Below are positions 27,653 to 40,386 of a stretch of DNA of 64,000 nt, piece by piece. Below the pieces are notes generated by a model, which did not search any database, was not told the origin of the DNA, and saw nothing but the letters and a program-made list of their open reading frames with translations. Source of the stretch: the human T2T-CHM13v2.0 reference genome, Homo sapiens; the NCBI RefSeq assembly GCF_009914755.1, contig NC_060930.1; one strand, 5' to 3'. Both the position numbers and the translations under genes were made by a program. Position 1 is the stretch's first letter. The number at the start of each line of letters is the position of its first letter.

Positions 27653-29409
27653 TCACCATAATACTCATTCCTAAATTAGTGAAAATGTTAGTTTAAAAAA
27701 AGTAAGATCCTGTTCGATTCATTAAAATAAAATTTGATTTGCACACATCTTCAAGTGGATTTTGTAAGTAAAGTAAGCAGACCCCTGAAATATTCAGAAG
27801 AGCAAGACCACAGCGTTCTCATCAATTCTGAGTAGGATCTCAGAGAGCCAGAATCAAGTCCCTGGTATGTTGTTTGTAGCCTAACACTAGAGATCCTTTT
27901 TTTAAATAAAAAGTCTGATGTAATATTTCATTTCTTGACGAAAAGTGGAGTAGACCCTAGGAGAAAAGTATGGCAATTAGATCTTAAACAAACGTGTGTT
28001 AGAAGCAAGCTGAAACCTAACCAGAAGGGAGCATTGCCGCTGTGTTAGGAATCAGGGCTGTGTTTTCAGATGGCTAAGGCCCTTTGACATTGCCATTGAC
28101 TTTCTTTCATGCAGGCCTGAATTGTCCTACCACTGAAGACACAGCATGAGGTAGCCAACCCATCCCTGAGACTGCTGTGGGGGCTGATGTCTACCTGGCT
28201 GGCCTTGTTGCATGGATTCCACACTGTTTTTACTATTTACCCGCTAGTTCCTGTGGCTCTCAATCAATAACTTCTTTTTTGTACTGAACCTTCTCTAACA
28301 TGGACAAGGTTAAAAAGAGAAAGTGTACCTTTTCAGAGTCTAAAAGTGCTATTGTTCACCACATAGAACATTTATCTGAGATTGTGGCTGTATATGATAG
28401 GATGTGGAGAAACTGGACAAAAAAATAAAATCTGACAACACATTACAAGAGTTACAAAAACCAGGAATGCAGAGCACTGGCTTATCATCTGTTGACTCTA
28501 GCATGACCAGCTCCAAATTTGCCTTGTGTCAATGCAGCACAGCCCCCAACTACCCCATAGGAAGGCAGACACGACATGGAGACTAAGTCCTGTTTGGGTT
28601 GTTGTTTTCATGATGCTAAAAGAGGATTTCACCCTGACTTAATTTCTTTAAACTTTTTTTGATCAAATTCCAGGTAGCTACAGCAATTCCACACTCAGCC
28701 AACTGAATTGCAAGATAATGCAAATAGTCTTCTACAAGCTGTTACAGTCCTGAGAGCAATGGTTTCCTACTAAGCACTGTGGACTGTTTAGAACAGCCTA
28801 GTAAGCCTTTGATTAGCAGTCTGGAATCTCTTGTGGGTGCAGTACAACTCTTGATATAAAATATCACCTACCCAATTCAATTTGTTTGGAATCTAGCATG
28901 GGACTACTTGAGGCAGAAGTCATACTCTAAGGAAACACATTCAAAATTTGATTCCACATTTGTATGATATGGTGAAGATGTTTCTCTAACCTTTAACTAG
29001 CTATATTCCTCTTAATTCAATCATCTTTTTTGATATACCGATTGGATCAGGGTCGGCCAGGAAGCTTGCGGCAGCAGTTGCCATCTCTGTTTCTTAGGAG
29101 TAATCCATCAGAGGAGACACATGCTGCTGCTCACAGAAATAAATACCAAAAAACAACATTAAAGGTTCATCTTCCTTAGGAAGCTACATGAAGATGGAAG
29201 GCACTGTTTTTCAAGTGGGGGCAGGGTGGGGGGATTTATGGAGACACAATGTCATTAAGAACCTAGTGGGATTAGAAAAGAGGTACATGATATAATTTAA
29301 AAATTACATTCAAAATACATTCTCTGATTAAAATGGTTCAGACCATGTCTTGTTTCTTTTATAATAATATCTTGCAAGATATAAGGCTTAACATTTTCTA
29401 AATTTTTAA

Positions 29410-29613
29410 TCTGAAGCCAGGCTACTTATAATCCTGGCTTTGTCACTTAGTAGTAGTTAAACTTAGGCAATTGAATTCAAGATACCCAAGTTTCTTCTGT
29501 AAACCAGGGGGAAAAACTACAGGAACCTCATAGAACTGATGGGAAGGTTAAATAAGTTAATGTATGTAGAAGACTAGAACAGTATCTGGCCCACCATAGA
29601 AAAACTATAGTAA
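29410..29613 (+). mobile_element. MIR (followed by an Alu insertion)
   Basis: AATCCTGGCTTTGTCACTTAGTAG...ACCTCATAGAACTGATGGGAAGGTTAAATAAGTTAATGTATGTA. Confidence 0.8.
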
Positions 29614-29980
29614 CCCTGTAATCCCAGCACTTTGGGAGGCTGAGGTGGGCAGATCAATTGAGGCCAGAAATTTGAGATCAGCTTGGCCAACATGGCAAAA
29701 CCCTGTCTCTACTAAAAATACAAAAAATTAGCTGAGTATGGTGGTACACACCTGTAATCCTAGCTACACAGGAGGCTAAGGCATGAGAATTGTTTGAACC
29801 CAGGAGGCAGAGGTTGCAGTGAGCCAAGATCGCACCACTGCACTCTAACCTGGGTGGGCAGCAAAGCGAGATTTCATCTCAAAACAGAAAGAAAGAAAGA
29901 AGGAAAGCAAGCAAGCAAGAAAGAAAGACAGGAAAGAAAAAAGGAAAGGAAAGGAAAGGAGGGAAGGAAGGAAGGAAGGA
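29614..29980 (+). mobile_element. 5'-truncated Alu (AluS-like) with a GAAA/GGAA tail
   Basis: Starts at CCTGTAATCCCAGC; TSD AAA(A/G)ACTATAGTAA at 29600-29613 and 29981-29994. Confidence 0.95.
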
Positions 29981-30047
29981 AAAGACTATAGTAATAGATG
30001 CTGTGATAGTAATAGATCGATTGTAATAGATGCTGTTGCTGTTACTA

Positions 30048-30128
30048 CTATGTTGGTGCAAAAGTAATTGTGGTTTTTGCCATTGCTTCTAAATGGCAAA
30101 AGCTCCAATTACTTTTGCACCAACCTAA
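30048..30128. mobile_element. MADE1 (Hsmar1-derived mariner MITE)
   Basis: Near-palindromic 81 bp: TATGTTGGTGCAAAAGTAATTG...CAATTACTTTTGCACCAACCTAA. Confidence 0.95.
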
Positions 30129-30139
30129 TCTTACTATGT

Positions 30140-30210
30140 TTATCATAGTCATCATGGTTATTGTCATTGTGTCATGGTCATCAACATCATCATCATCATC
30201 ATCATCATCA
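30140..30210. repeat. Degenerate (ATC)n trinucleotide repeat
   Basis: CATCAACATCATCATCATCATCATCATCATCA. Confidence 0.85.
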
Positions 30211-30741
30211 CAAGTCATCTTTTTGAATTTCCACAGAAAAACCCTAAAAAGCCATAGCCAATATGTCCCATTATATATATAAAAGTAATTAAGATCTTTA
30301 TGGTAAAAGACCTAAGACTTTCCAACAAGTTAGAGCAGGGTCAAGACTAGAATGCTGGGCACTTCACCAGCAGTCAGAACTTGGCTACAGGAGAACAGAC
30401 TCCAACTCCATTCAGTGCTGCTTTTCGAATACCCTTGTAGCATTTTCTGGAGTCACTGGTTGTAAACTTCACATCCCTTCCATTTTCTCCTCCCCTTCTC
30501 CTGAAGTCTTTAGGGAATTGCTAGTGTTGGAAGAAGTTGCAACCTGTAATTCCCCTGACCCCTAGATGCTACTCATGATTGGTTTTACTCACCTCTTCTG
30601 TATTGCAAAGCAGTTTATACATATCATCTCCACATTCTCTGTCTAATGCTGTCAAATATTTTCCTACTCTAGGTGAATTGATTCGCTCGTCTTCTTGCCA
30701 TAACTAGCCCCTCCCTGCTTTCTGTGAAGGCTCGTTTGCAC

Positions 30742-30830
30742 TCTCTCCTTTCTCTCTCTCTCTCTCTCTCCCTCTCTCCCTTCCTCTCCTCTCAATCCCT
30801 TTCTCTCTCACTACTATGGCTCTCTCTTTT
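30742..30830. repeat. (CT)n-rich pyrimidine tract
   Basis: Direct reading. Confidence 0.85.
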
Positions 30831-31059
30831 TTTACTCTATTTTTCTAAAGCATCATCAAATTATCTATCATGCTTTCTACTTCAAACTAGAAAAGATCTT
30901 CCCTTTTTTGTCAGATCTTTACTTTTCCTGTGTCTTTTCATTAATTCACACACATTTTCCAGATATTGGTGGTATTCACAGCTCCCCCCACTCATCCTTA
31001 GGTCCTACAATCTAGCACTTTTGTTTATCAAGCATATAAAATGTTTTGCCTAAAAGTTA

Positions 31060-32265
31060 CCAGAAATCCACTTGTTATTGTCTTCAGTGTCCTTTTCTCA
31101 GCCACTCCTTCCCTTAATCTCTAGTGGTGACACTGGAACGAACCTCACCTCTTGCTGTGCACCCTTCCTTTGGATTTCACTGCATCTCTCCTTCCTGTTC
31201 TTCCTCCCAGCCATTCTCCATACTCCTTTGTCTCCTCTAATACTAACCTTCATTTTCTCACCCACATTTTTCTTCAATTAAAAAAAAAATAATTCTAGAA
31301 AGACCTGTCTTTAAGCCTTATACACTGCCCTTCCTGTATTTCCCATCTGGGTTATAAACCAGTCATTTGAAGCCTCTGTCTTCTCCCTAAAACTTGTCAC
31401 CTTCTCCTGATTTCCCGATTTCTTCTTCTTGTATGTGGCTCTCAAGAAGCGTTAGGGATAGAGGAGAGAGTTAAAGTAAACAATTCCTGAGATTAAATGT
31501 TGGCTTTGTAATTACATCACTCAAAATCTCCCTAATGTCTCTGAATTTTGGCTTATCATTCATAACATGGGAATTGCATGAGGAAACTACAAGTAAATAC
31601 AGTACCATCCCATCAAGGGGGCCGGGGGAAGTGACCTCCCCTGCCTGCTTCCTACTCCCACCCACCACACACATCACCCCTTTCCCAACCCAGACTTCCA
31701 GCATTGACATCATTTGGCTAGACTTGATTCCTCCCCAGCCCCATGGCCACGTCCAGTCTGTTGTCAACTCCACCTTTCTAGAATCTCCTTCATCCTTCTC
31801 TTTCTTTGTGTTTCCTTCACCATCTCCAGAGCACAAACACTCATTGCTCATTACTTGATTGTCACAAAAATCTTCGAACTAGCTTTACTGCCTTCAATTT
31901 CTTCCAGAGCACATTCATTGCTCATCGCTTGACTGTCACAACAGTCTTCTAACTAGCCTTACTGCCTTCAATTTCTCCCATTTTTCAATCTACCCCAGAC
32001 AGACTAGTAGTCTAACTAACATACTGCTTTGATTGATTACTTTCTCAGGGAAACTCAGCTAACAAGTGGCATACAGAAATTCAAGCCCAGATACTCTGCC
32101 CCTGAGTCTGTGCTCAGAACTGTAAGCCTGTACTGTATTAGTGTCAGTGTTTGGCACTGAAATTCAACATTCTTCAAGATCTGGCCCAAGGTACCTTTCC
32201 AAGTTTTCCTTCCACCAGGCCTATATGCCAGGGGTTGATTTACTCATTCTTCTTTAAATAAGCTT
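31060..32265 (+). mobile_element. Degraded L2 region containing a local tandem duplication and a MIR fragment
   Basis: Pyrimidine-rich L2-like motifs (CCACGTCCAGTCTGTTGTCAACTCC...CTTTCTAGAATCTC; TTCAAGATCTGGCCC); boundaries approximate. Confidence 0.5.
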
Positions 32266-32274
32266 TCTTTATCC

Positions 32275-32710
32275 TTTAGGATGCTTTCAGCTGGCAGCAA
32301 CCAAAAAAACAAAACAAAGCGACAACAACAAAACTCAAGTGCCTTAAACACTAAGAGGATTATTATCTTTTTATTATAACAAGCCCAGGGGTAAGAGAGT
32401 TCTGGAGTTTTTTAAGTTTTTAACATCATCGCTTAACATCAAACATAGATCTCGGATTCCTTCCATCTTCCCGCTCTGCTATGTTCAACATGATTTCATG
32501 TGAGCTCCTTTCATGGTTGTAAGATGGTGCCACAGTTCCAGGAAGTACATACAGACATGACAACATCCAGTGAGGAAAACAAGAAAAGATCATAGCTCCT
32601 CTGTGCATCATGCTTTTGAGTGAATAATTTTTTCCCATACTCCTATCCTACGTCTACCTTCCCCAGCAGACTTCCCTTGACATTTCGTTGGCCACAGCTA
32701 TATCACCATC
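32275..32710 (-). mobile_element. MLT1 (J/K-like) LTR
   Basis: TTAGGATGCTTTCAGCTGGCAG...CTCAAGTGCCTTAAACA...ATGGTTGTAAGATGGTGCCACAGTTCCAGG...CAGACTTCCCTTGACATTTCGTTGGCCA. Confidence 0.75.
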
Positions 32711-33058
32711 ATCAGGTGATTTACAAACAAAAAGGAACATAGATTTGGACAAATTCTTCAGCTTCCAAAGTTTTTGAGATACAGCCTCAGGGAAAAGTTG
32801 TACACCCTAACTCAGTATACACGTAAATACACGTTAGATGCGTACATAAATTACAAATGAAAGTTCTGAAAATAGAAATTGGAATCCTTATGTGCAGTAC
32901 CTCCAGATATTTTCCATTCTATTTTATTCTTTATACTATCAATTAATTTAAAAAATTCTGATTCAAAGTACTAAATTGATTTTAGAATTAATTAATAAAC
33001 TGCTTCCTGCACTTTAAAAAAAACAAAACAAACAAACAAACAAAAAAACACTGGTTTA

Positions 33059-33620
33059 GAAATACCATTTGACCCAGCAATCCCATTATTGGGTATATAC
33101 CAAAGGATTATAAATTCTACTATAAAGACACATGCACACGTATGTTTATTGCAGGACTATTTACAATAGCAAAAACTTGGGACCAACCCAAATGCCAAGC
33201 AATGATAGACTGGGTAAAGAAAATGTGGCACATACACACCATGGAATACTATGCAGCCATAAAAAAGAATGAGTTCATGTCCTTTGCAGGGACATGGATG
33301 AAGCTGGAAACCATCATTCTCAGCAAACTAACACAGGAACACAAAACCAAGCACCACATGTTCTCACTCATAAGTGGGAGTTGAACAATGAGATCACATG
33401 GACACAGGGAGGGGAACATCACACACTGGGACCTGTCAGGGGGTTGGGAGCAAGGGGAGGGAGAGCGTTAAGACAAATACCTAATGCATGTGGGACTTAA
33501 AACCTAAATGACAGGTTGATAAGGTGTGGCAAACCACCATGGCACATATATACCTAAGTACCAAACCTGCATGTTCTGGACATATATCCCAGAGCTTAAA
33601 GTAAAATAATTAAAAAAAAA
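33059..33620 (+). mobile_element. 5'-truncated L1PA (L1PA8-like) 3' end
   Basis: ORF2 end MFSLISGS; 3'UTR CAAATACCTAATGCATGTGGGACTTAAAACC; TSD AAAAA(C/A)ACTGGTTTA at ~33044-33058 and 33618-33632. Confidence 0.94.
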
Positions 33621-34554
33621 AAAACTGGTTTATACTAATCAGAATTTACCCAAGTCATTTGGACTCAAGAATACCATCAGGGTCAGTGTGGTAGAAGGGG
33701 AATTGGCTTTTTGAAGACAATACTTACCCAGTTTTGTGTGTATTAAATTACATATTTATCTTTTACCAATGTCTATGACACCTTTCACTCAATACTCATT
33801 TGCTAAAATTGGGATGTTTCAAAACTGAGCTGTTTTGACTTCTTGCTTTAAAAGCTGGAGTTTTCATAATTTCAAAAAATAAAAACTGATGTTCTTCAGT
33901 AGTTTGTAAGTCACAGAAAATAAATCAAGCGCTTTTTAAAATTCAAGATCTAGTTTCTTTTGATGATATTAGTAGGGTAAAAGGTCATGAGAGTTCAATT
34001 AATTTACTTTAAAATGCTCCTTTTAAATGATGTCCAAAGAATAAATCATCAAAGATTAATCAGAAAAGACTGAGTCTCTCCCCCTTATTTAGAATGTCTA
34101 AGGATCTGGGAGCAGCTGGCCCCATCTCTGTTCTCTCTTTTCCTGATTCATCTTGTGGGTGACCCCAGGAAGGGTCAGTCTGTGGCCCTAAATCACATAA
34201 GCCTGCACATGGAGCCTGCCATTTTCTCTCTGCAATTACTCCACCCTTGAGAACCTTGCTGAGCTAAGGCAAAGGTTCTAAAGAGCCTGGGCTTTGTACC
34301 CCCAGGCCTGCTTTGTACCCTGCTGAGCCTGGCTCTTTCCAGACCTATGGTCATTTGTATTTTTACAGTAATAAACTGTTGTATCCAATATGCCTTAGCA
34401 TCTGTTAGGTACAAAGCACTAAGCAAGGCTGCAGGGAACCCCATGTGAATAAGCCCATAGTCACTATTCTTAAGCAGCTTGGAGTCTAACAGGAGATAAG
34501 CTGCAAACAGCTGCATAAGATATCATTTAATCGTGGAGATTTCCAAGAAGGGAT

Positions 34555-34760
34555 GCTGACTAGCATTTGTAGAGTACCTACGGGTGCCGGGTACTTGGCT
34601 AGGCCATTTATGCAAACTACATCATCAAAAAGCCATAATCATTTTATAGTATTGTTATCTCCATTTTGCAGATGTGGAAACTAAGGCTAGTTATTCTTCC
34701 AGTGAGATATTTTTAGTAAGCACCCAAGTGCAGAATGAGATCTTATAGACTCTAAAGTTG
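34555..34760 (-). mobile_element. MIR
   Basis: GCATTTGTAGAGTACCTAC...GTGCCGGGTAC...CTCCATTTTGCAGATGTGGAAACTAAGGC. Confidence 0.8.
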
Positions 34761-34766
34761 TTTTAT

Positions 34767-34768
<2 letters not shown>

Positions 34769-34804
<36 letters not shown>
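34769..34804. repeat. (GT)18 microsatellite
   Basis: Direct reading. Confidence 0.97.
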
Positions 34805-34805
<1 letters not shown>

Positions 34806-36095
34806 ATTTTTTCTGCATCTTTAAGCATAAAATAATTTTATCTGCCTGAAAGGAAGACATGCTTGAACTAGGGCTTTGAAATATAAGGGATGTATTTTCC
34901 TTGGTGATGGTGATGGTAATGGGGCCAGAGCAGTGTCCTGGGGCAAAGGCAGCTCTTCCATGACGCATGCAGGCAGGAAGGGCAGGCGGGTTCAGAGGGT
35001 ACTTGACAGTATAGTTTGGTTGCCACATGAAGTCTGCTTGGGAAAGTGAAAGAAAGTAAATCTGCAAGAAGAGGTGGGGTTTTGAAAATGCTAAATTCCA
35101 ATTTCCCCATCTTTTATAATTCAGTAGAGGTTTTGGGGGGAAGGAAGCCCCTCTGCCGCTTACCTAGTAGATTGAGTCAGATGGGCAGAAGTTGTGTGAA
35201 CAGAGGTGACCCTCTCAGAATAGGAACCAGGTGTTCTATTCTTTTGTTGCCCTCACTGTGAAACTCAGTGCTTTACAACCAGTAGGTCTGCAGTTTATAT
35301 CCAAAGAATAAATGAAAGACAAAAAAAGAGAGAGAGAGAGAGAAAGAAAGAGTATTCTGCTCTCTCTTGGCAAGTTCCTTAAAGGATGGGTCAGGGTAAG
35401 TTGCTGGACAGTGGGCAGAGGAGACAGGTACTGGCTGAGTGAAGCTCAGGGCAAGTTTGACTCTTCCACTGTCTCAGCCTCCAGACGAATGACCCAAATG
35501 GAATGACTTTTAGTTGAGACAGATATGACCCCTTCTGTTAGGTAGAGATAGCATGCTGGAAGGACAGAAAATATTTAAGAGCAGACAGACAAAAGGTGTA
35601 AGAGGCAAGTGTTCTAAAGGATTTGCAATGAGACCCTATAGTAAATAATCCCACAGTTCATACCACCACACTCCAAGCCACACTTTTTACACACCAATCT
35701 GCTATTTCACCTTACACTGATGAAGAAAGCAGCCTAAATGTCTAACTTGCAGGTTAGGTGAGGACAAGGTGAGTGACACCGTTGTGACAATTAAGCAGCA
35801 CTGTGAACCACAGTCTAAGGTGCAGCTTTGCGCACTAGCTCAGCTCAAAGGCTTTCCAAGTTGCTAATATATAGATGAATTCCAAACAGGAAGAGACCAA
35901 CCTATGTGGCAGAACAGTTTTGCAAGATTAGTTTGCTTGGCTTTACAGTCAGATAAAAGTTAGCTCCCTTAAAGACAGTTGTCACAGCCTGAGCAAAGTG
36001 AAGCCAAAACTGTGGGGGTGGGAGAGGAGAAGGGACAGAAAGAGGGGAAGCAAGATGCAGAGAGGAAGTTATGCTTTAAAGATACACCTGTTTCT

Positions 36096-36544
<449 letters not shown>

Positions 36545-36821
36545 TTAATGATATCTTTCATTGGCTTTTATATCCCCATCACAATGCAGTATGAGGGTGG
36601 GCTGGCCACATTTAAATTAGCAAAGGTTAGGTGAAAAATATCAGAGTTTCTTGCTAGTGTCATCCAATAATTAGTGGAAATGTGTTAGATAACATTGACT
36701 TGAGATGAGTGTGCATGAAGTCTGTGACTCTGACATTGCGAGCTGGACAACTTTCCAAGTGTACCATATTTAGAAGTGGGTTTATTCCTGCAGCGGTGTC
36801 CTTTTGAGAATCAGTTGAATC

Positions 36822-36857
36822 ATTGCTTCTCGGCCTTTTGGCTAAGATCAAGTGTAG
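36822..36857 (+). pseudogene. 3'-truncated U2 snRNA retropseudogene (U2 nt 1-35/36)
   Basis: ATTGCTTCTCGGCCTTTTGGCTAAGATCAAGTGTAG equals the U2 5' end with one C>T at a CpG; flanked by the direct repeat GAGAATCAGTTGAATC(A) at 36806-36822 and 36857-36873. Confidence 0.95.
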
Positions 36858-36909
36858 AGAATCAGTTGAATCAGGAAGAGCATCAGGACAGCCAGTACAT
36901 AGGCTCCTC

Positions 36910-36920
36910 TGCTGAGTCAC
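36910..36920 (-). promoter_or_regulatory. Consensus ARE/NF-E2 (CNC-sMaf) motif
   Basis: TGCTGAGTCAC, i.e. reverse RTGACTCAGCA; motif match only. Confidence 0.3.
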
Positions 36921-38427
36921 CATGTGGCCAAGACTGCCACATACTTAGCTGCAGAGAAGTAAAAATCAATTTCCACCTGTGGTAAGGAAAAACATCCACA
37001 TTGTAAAGGTCAAATGGAGTCTTCTACGGATCTTAAAACTAAGGTATGTTAACATTAACTAATATATAGTACATATTCACTGCCACATTTGTTCATAAAA
37101 TATGAGATATTTTCATTTAAGTCACAAATTAATTAATTAATTAATTTATTTATTTATTTATATCAAGAGGTTTTTATAAACCAAAAAAAAAATTCCAGTG
37201 TGAGAGGTTAAGTGCACCAGTAAGGTCAATAAATAGTTATCTCCTTTCCATCTTCTCATTTTTTATCATCAAGCCTGACATCTACACTAAACTGGGAAAC
37301 AATACAACAGACAGTAGTCTCTTTCTCCCTCTCTACCTGACCTCATAACTGCACACATACATAAATGCATTTTCAGATACAACAAAATTAAATACAACAA
37401 GAAAGCTGATTTCTTGGAAAATCCAGATTCCAAGATTAATAACTTGATGTGTTTCAAATTACATCTATAGAAATGTGTGGGATTGTTTTGTTGTTGCGTT
37501 GTTTGGTTTTGCTTTTGTAAAAGGAACTTTAAGGGACATTTACTAAATATCTGATGAAACTCATTACTCTTTAACCATGAATCTAGTAATGCTTTGATCA
37601 AGGCATTCAGTGAAACCCGGTCTCTCTGCTGCCATTAACATCATTTACCACATCTTCACTACCTGTCCTAGGCTATACTTGAGTGAAGACACCCTGAAAT
37701 TATCATGGGGTGATTTTATGATATTGGTAAAAATTAAATTAGTCGAAGCTTTTTCTTTGTAAGCTAAGCACCCTTTACACCTAACTGTGATGCCTTGCTT
37801 CTGAACTGTGATTTCCAGGTAATGACTCTTACTAGAAGGACAATAAAGGTGCAAATGAAGGGCACAACTTGAAGCCTTCAGGGTGTGGAGTTTGGAAGAG
37901 ATGCTGTTATGAATGAATTGCTGATCCTACCTTACTTCGTTGGAGAGAAAACTCTAGCCCCAACTGTTTGAGAGATTTTGCCCAAGGGCCTCATTAGTAG
38001 TAAATTCAGGGTTAAGAATCCAACTCTTTTGCTTTACAAATCAGAATCCTGTCACTTATGTCACGATGATGCAGAAAAACAAACTAAAATTTGTCATTGC
38101 AAGATAATGAAACTCTCTCCTGAAAAAGTTATTTTGTACTAGACTGTTGCAATAGTGCAGATCTACTTTGATGTGTCAGGTTTGGCTCAAGCACCGTGCT
38201 TCCAGGGAGTTTTCTGGTGATCCCATGCTCTGTACCCTGCACCTACATCTGCTATGGGAGACCCTTCCTCTCCTTCCCCTCTGTATTTGTTAATATGCTC
38301 ACACACAGCATTATAATCACTTTTGTACACCTACTTTCTCCACTAGATGTTAAATTCATTGAGAATATAATAGTATAAAATGAAGTTTGTTAAATGAGTA
38401 ACGAATAAAGAAAATGTAATAATTCAA

Positions 38428-38723
38428 TTTTTTTTTCTTTTGAGGCAGGGTCTTGCTCTGTTACTCAGGCTAGAGTAGAAATGGCTTCATTAAAGCCTTG
38501 AATTTCTGAGCTCAAGTGATTCTCCCACCACAGCCTCCCGAGTAGCTAGGACTACAGGCACACACCATCACATCTAGCTATTTTTTTTTTATTTGTAACT
38601 TTTCATAGAGATGAGGTCTCTCCATGCTTCCCAGACTGACCTTGAACTCCTAGGTTCAAGTAATCCTCCTGCCTCAGCCTCCCAAAGTGCTGGGGTTACA
38701 AACATGAGCCTTCATGCCCAGCC
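38428..38723 (-). mobile_element. AluJ
   Basis: GAGGCAGGGTCTTGCTCTG...CTGAGCTCAAGTGATTCTCCCACC...CCCAGCC. Confidence 0.93.
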
Positions 38724-39439
38724 TATTTTTTTTTATTTCAAAGCAATAAGAATAATAATGCCAGCAATAAGATTGTTGTGAAGTTTAAATGTGATGTTTT
38801 AACACTTGTTAAGTGCTTCACATAAGGCATTTAACCATGTCAAGCTACATATTAGTGTCTCAGTAGCATCTATCTATTGAATGCTTACTCAATCTTCTTC
38901 TGAAACCATCAAAAATTGTTACAAGCCTTCTATGTACTAATGATTGCACTTTTAGTATCCATTGATTAAGAAAGAATAAATTGGTGCTTGACTTTGCAAC
39001 TCTGCAAATCTCCAAGGGTCCCTAACCCATAGGTGAGAATCTCATGAACTGTAGATTGTCCCAGGACCTAGAATGAAGCTTATAGTTCATCATGAGAGCC
39101 ATTATGGCAGAGCAAAACACCCACAACACAAGCAAAGCACAACAGTCTGAGAGCAATAGAGGAAGGGACAATAAAGGAAAGACAGCAGGTCTCATTGCTT
39201 CCTACTCTTCAGAATCCCCACAGATTCATAGGTTATTGCCAGTATGCAGCTACTTCACCGTCTGCAATCCCTTGCTCCACAAAAATACCTACTGTTCCTA
39301 GGCAGCACCACATACATACTCAACAGTAGCTTGAGGAGGCTGTGTTAAAATAAAATAGACAGCCTGATTATGTTTCTTATGAACCTAAAGAATTCCAACT
39401 AGATTTCTTGTACTCTTTTTTTTTTTTTTTTCTAAACCT

Positions 39440-39830
39440 ATTAGTTAGAACTATCCCAGTTTCACATGATGGAAATGCAACCTTAACTGTTTAAACAAAC
39501 AATATGGAGACAGGTGTAAAGAATGTATTAATTCACTGAAAAGTCCAAAAATAGGATAGGTTCAGACACGACAGTGTCCAAGAACTGAAAAATAAGTCAC
39601 CAAAACTCAGTTTCTTTCTCATTGTGATTTCCTCCAAAGTAGGTAATACTTTCAAACAGGTTCTCCCCACATGATATAAAGGTTAGCTGATAATAACCAC
39701 AGCAGAAAGTAAGGTTCTTTCTCCCAGTGGCTTCCCAAAAAAATCCCATAATTGGCAGCCAGGTTTCTATGCTTTAGGTCAAAACAAATCACAGTGATGG
39801 AGGGGATATATTGTTTGGACCAACATAGTT
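39440..39830 (-). mobile_element. Old MLT1 LTR remnant
   Basis: TATTAGTTAGAACT...CCTTAACTGTTTAAACAA...TAATTCAC...GAAAAGTCCA. Confidence 0.5.
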
Positions 39831-39835
39831 TACTT

Positions 39836-39946
39836 GCGGGATACCAACCATTCTGCTTTATCAGGACTGTCCTGGTTTTAACATTGCAAGTCTTTTGTCC
39901 CAGAAAACTTCTCCACTTCAGGCAAACTAGGATGTTAGTCACCCCA
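39836..39946. mobile_element. MER81 (hAT-Blackjack) MITE
   Basis: GGGATACCAACC...GGACTGTCCTGGTTTTAACATTG...GGCAAACTAGGATGTTAGTCACCC; 8-bp TSD GTTTAC(T/A)T at 39828 and 39947. Confidence 0.8.
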
Positions 39947-40074
39947 GTTTACATTTGTGCTACTAGGCTACACATGTTTTTTCCATACTACGGCACTCAG
40001 TGGGCATAATAACAGGGATGAAATGCTAAGTGGGGGGAAAATGTCCTCTACATTGACCTGCGAACTATTGAAAT

Positions 40075-40386
40075 GTGCTGACACGGTGGCCACATGTGCT
40101 CATTGAGCACTGAAATACAATGGTCTGCAATTAAGTTTGAGGGCTGAATTAAAATGTGCATTAAATATAAAATACCAACTAGATTTTAAAAAGTTACTAG
40201 AAAAAATAATGTAAGAGATATTAATAAATTTATATTTGCATGTTAAAATGATAATGTTTTGAATATAGCTAAATAAAACATTATTAAAAATTAATTTCAC
40301 CAGTTTCTTCTTCCTTTTTTAATATGGCTATTAGTAAATCTTAAATTACACATGGCTCACATTATATTCCTGTTGGATGGCACTGT
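40075..40386 (-). mobile_element. MER33 (hAT-Charlie)
   Basis: GGCCACATGTG...ATTGAGCAC...AATTAATTTCACC...GGCTCACATTATATTCCTGTTGGATGGCACTG. Confidence 0.85.

Noticed and set aside
36806-36873. Repeat-spacer-repeat pattern resembling a CRISPR unit
   Set aside because: Eukaryotic DNA, only two repeats, and the spacer is U2 snRNA: it is a TSD.
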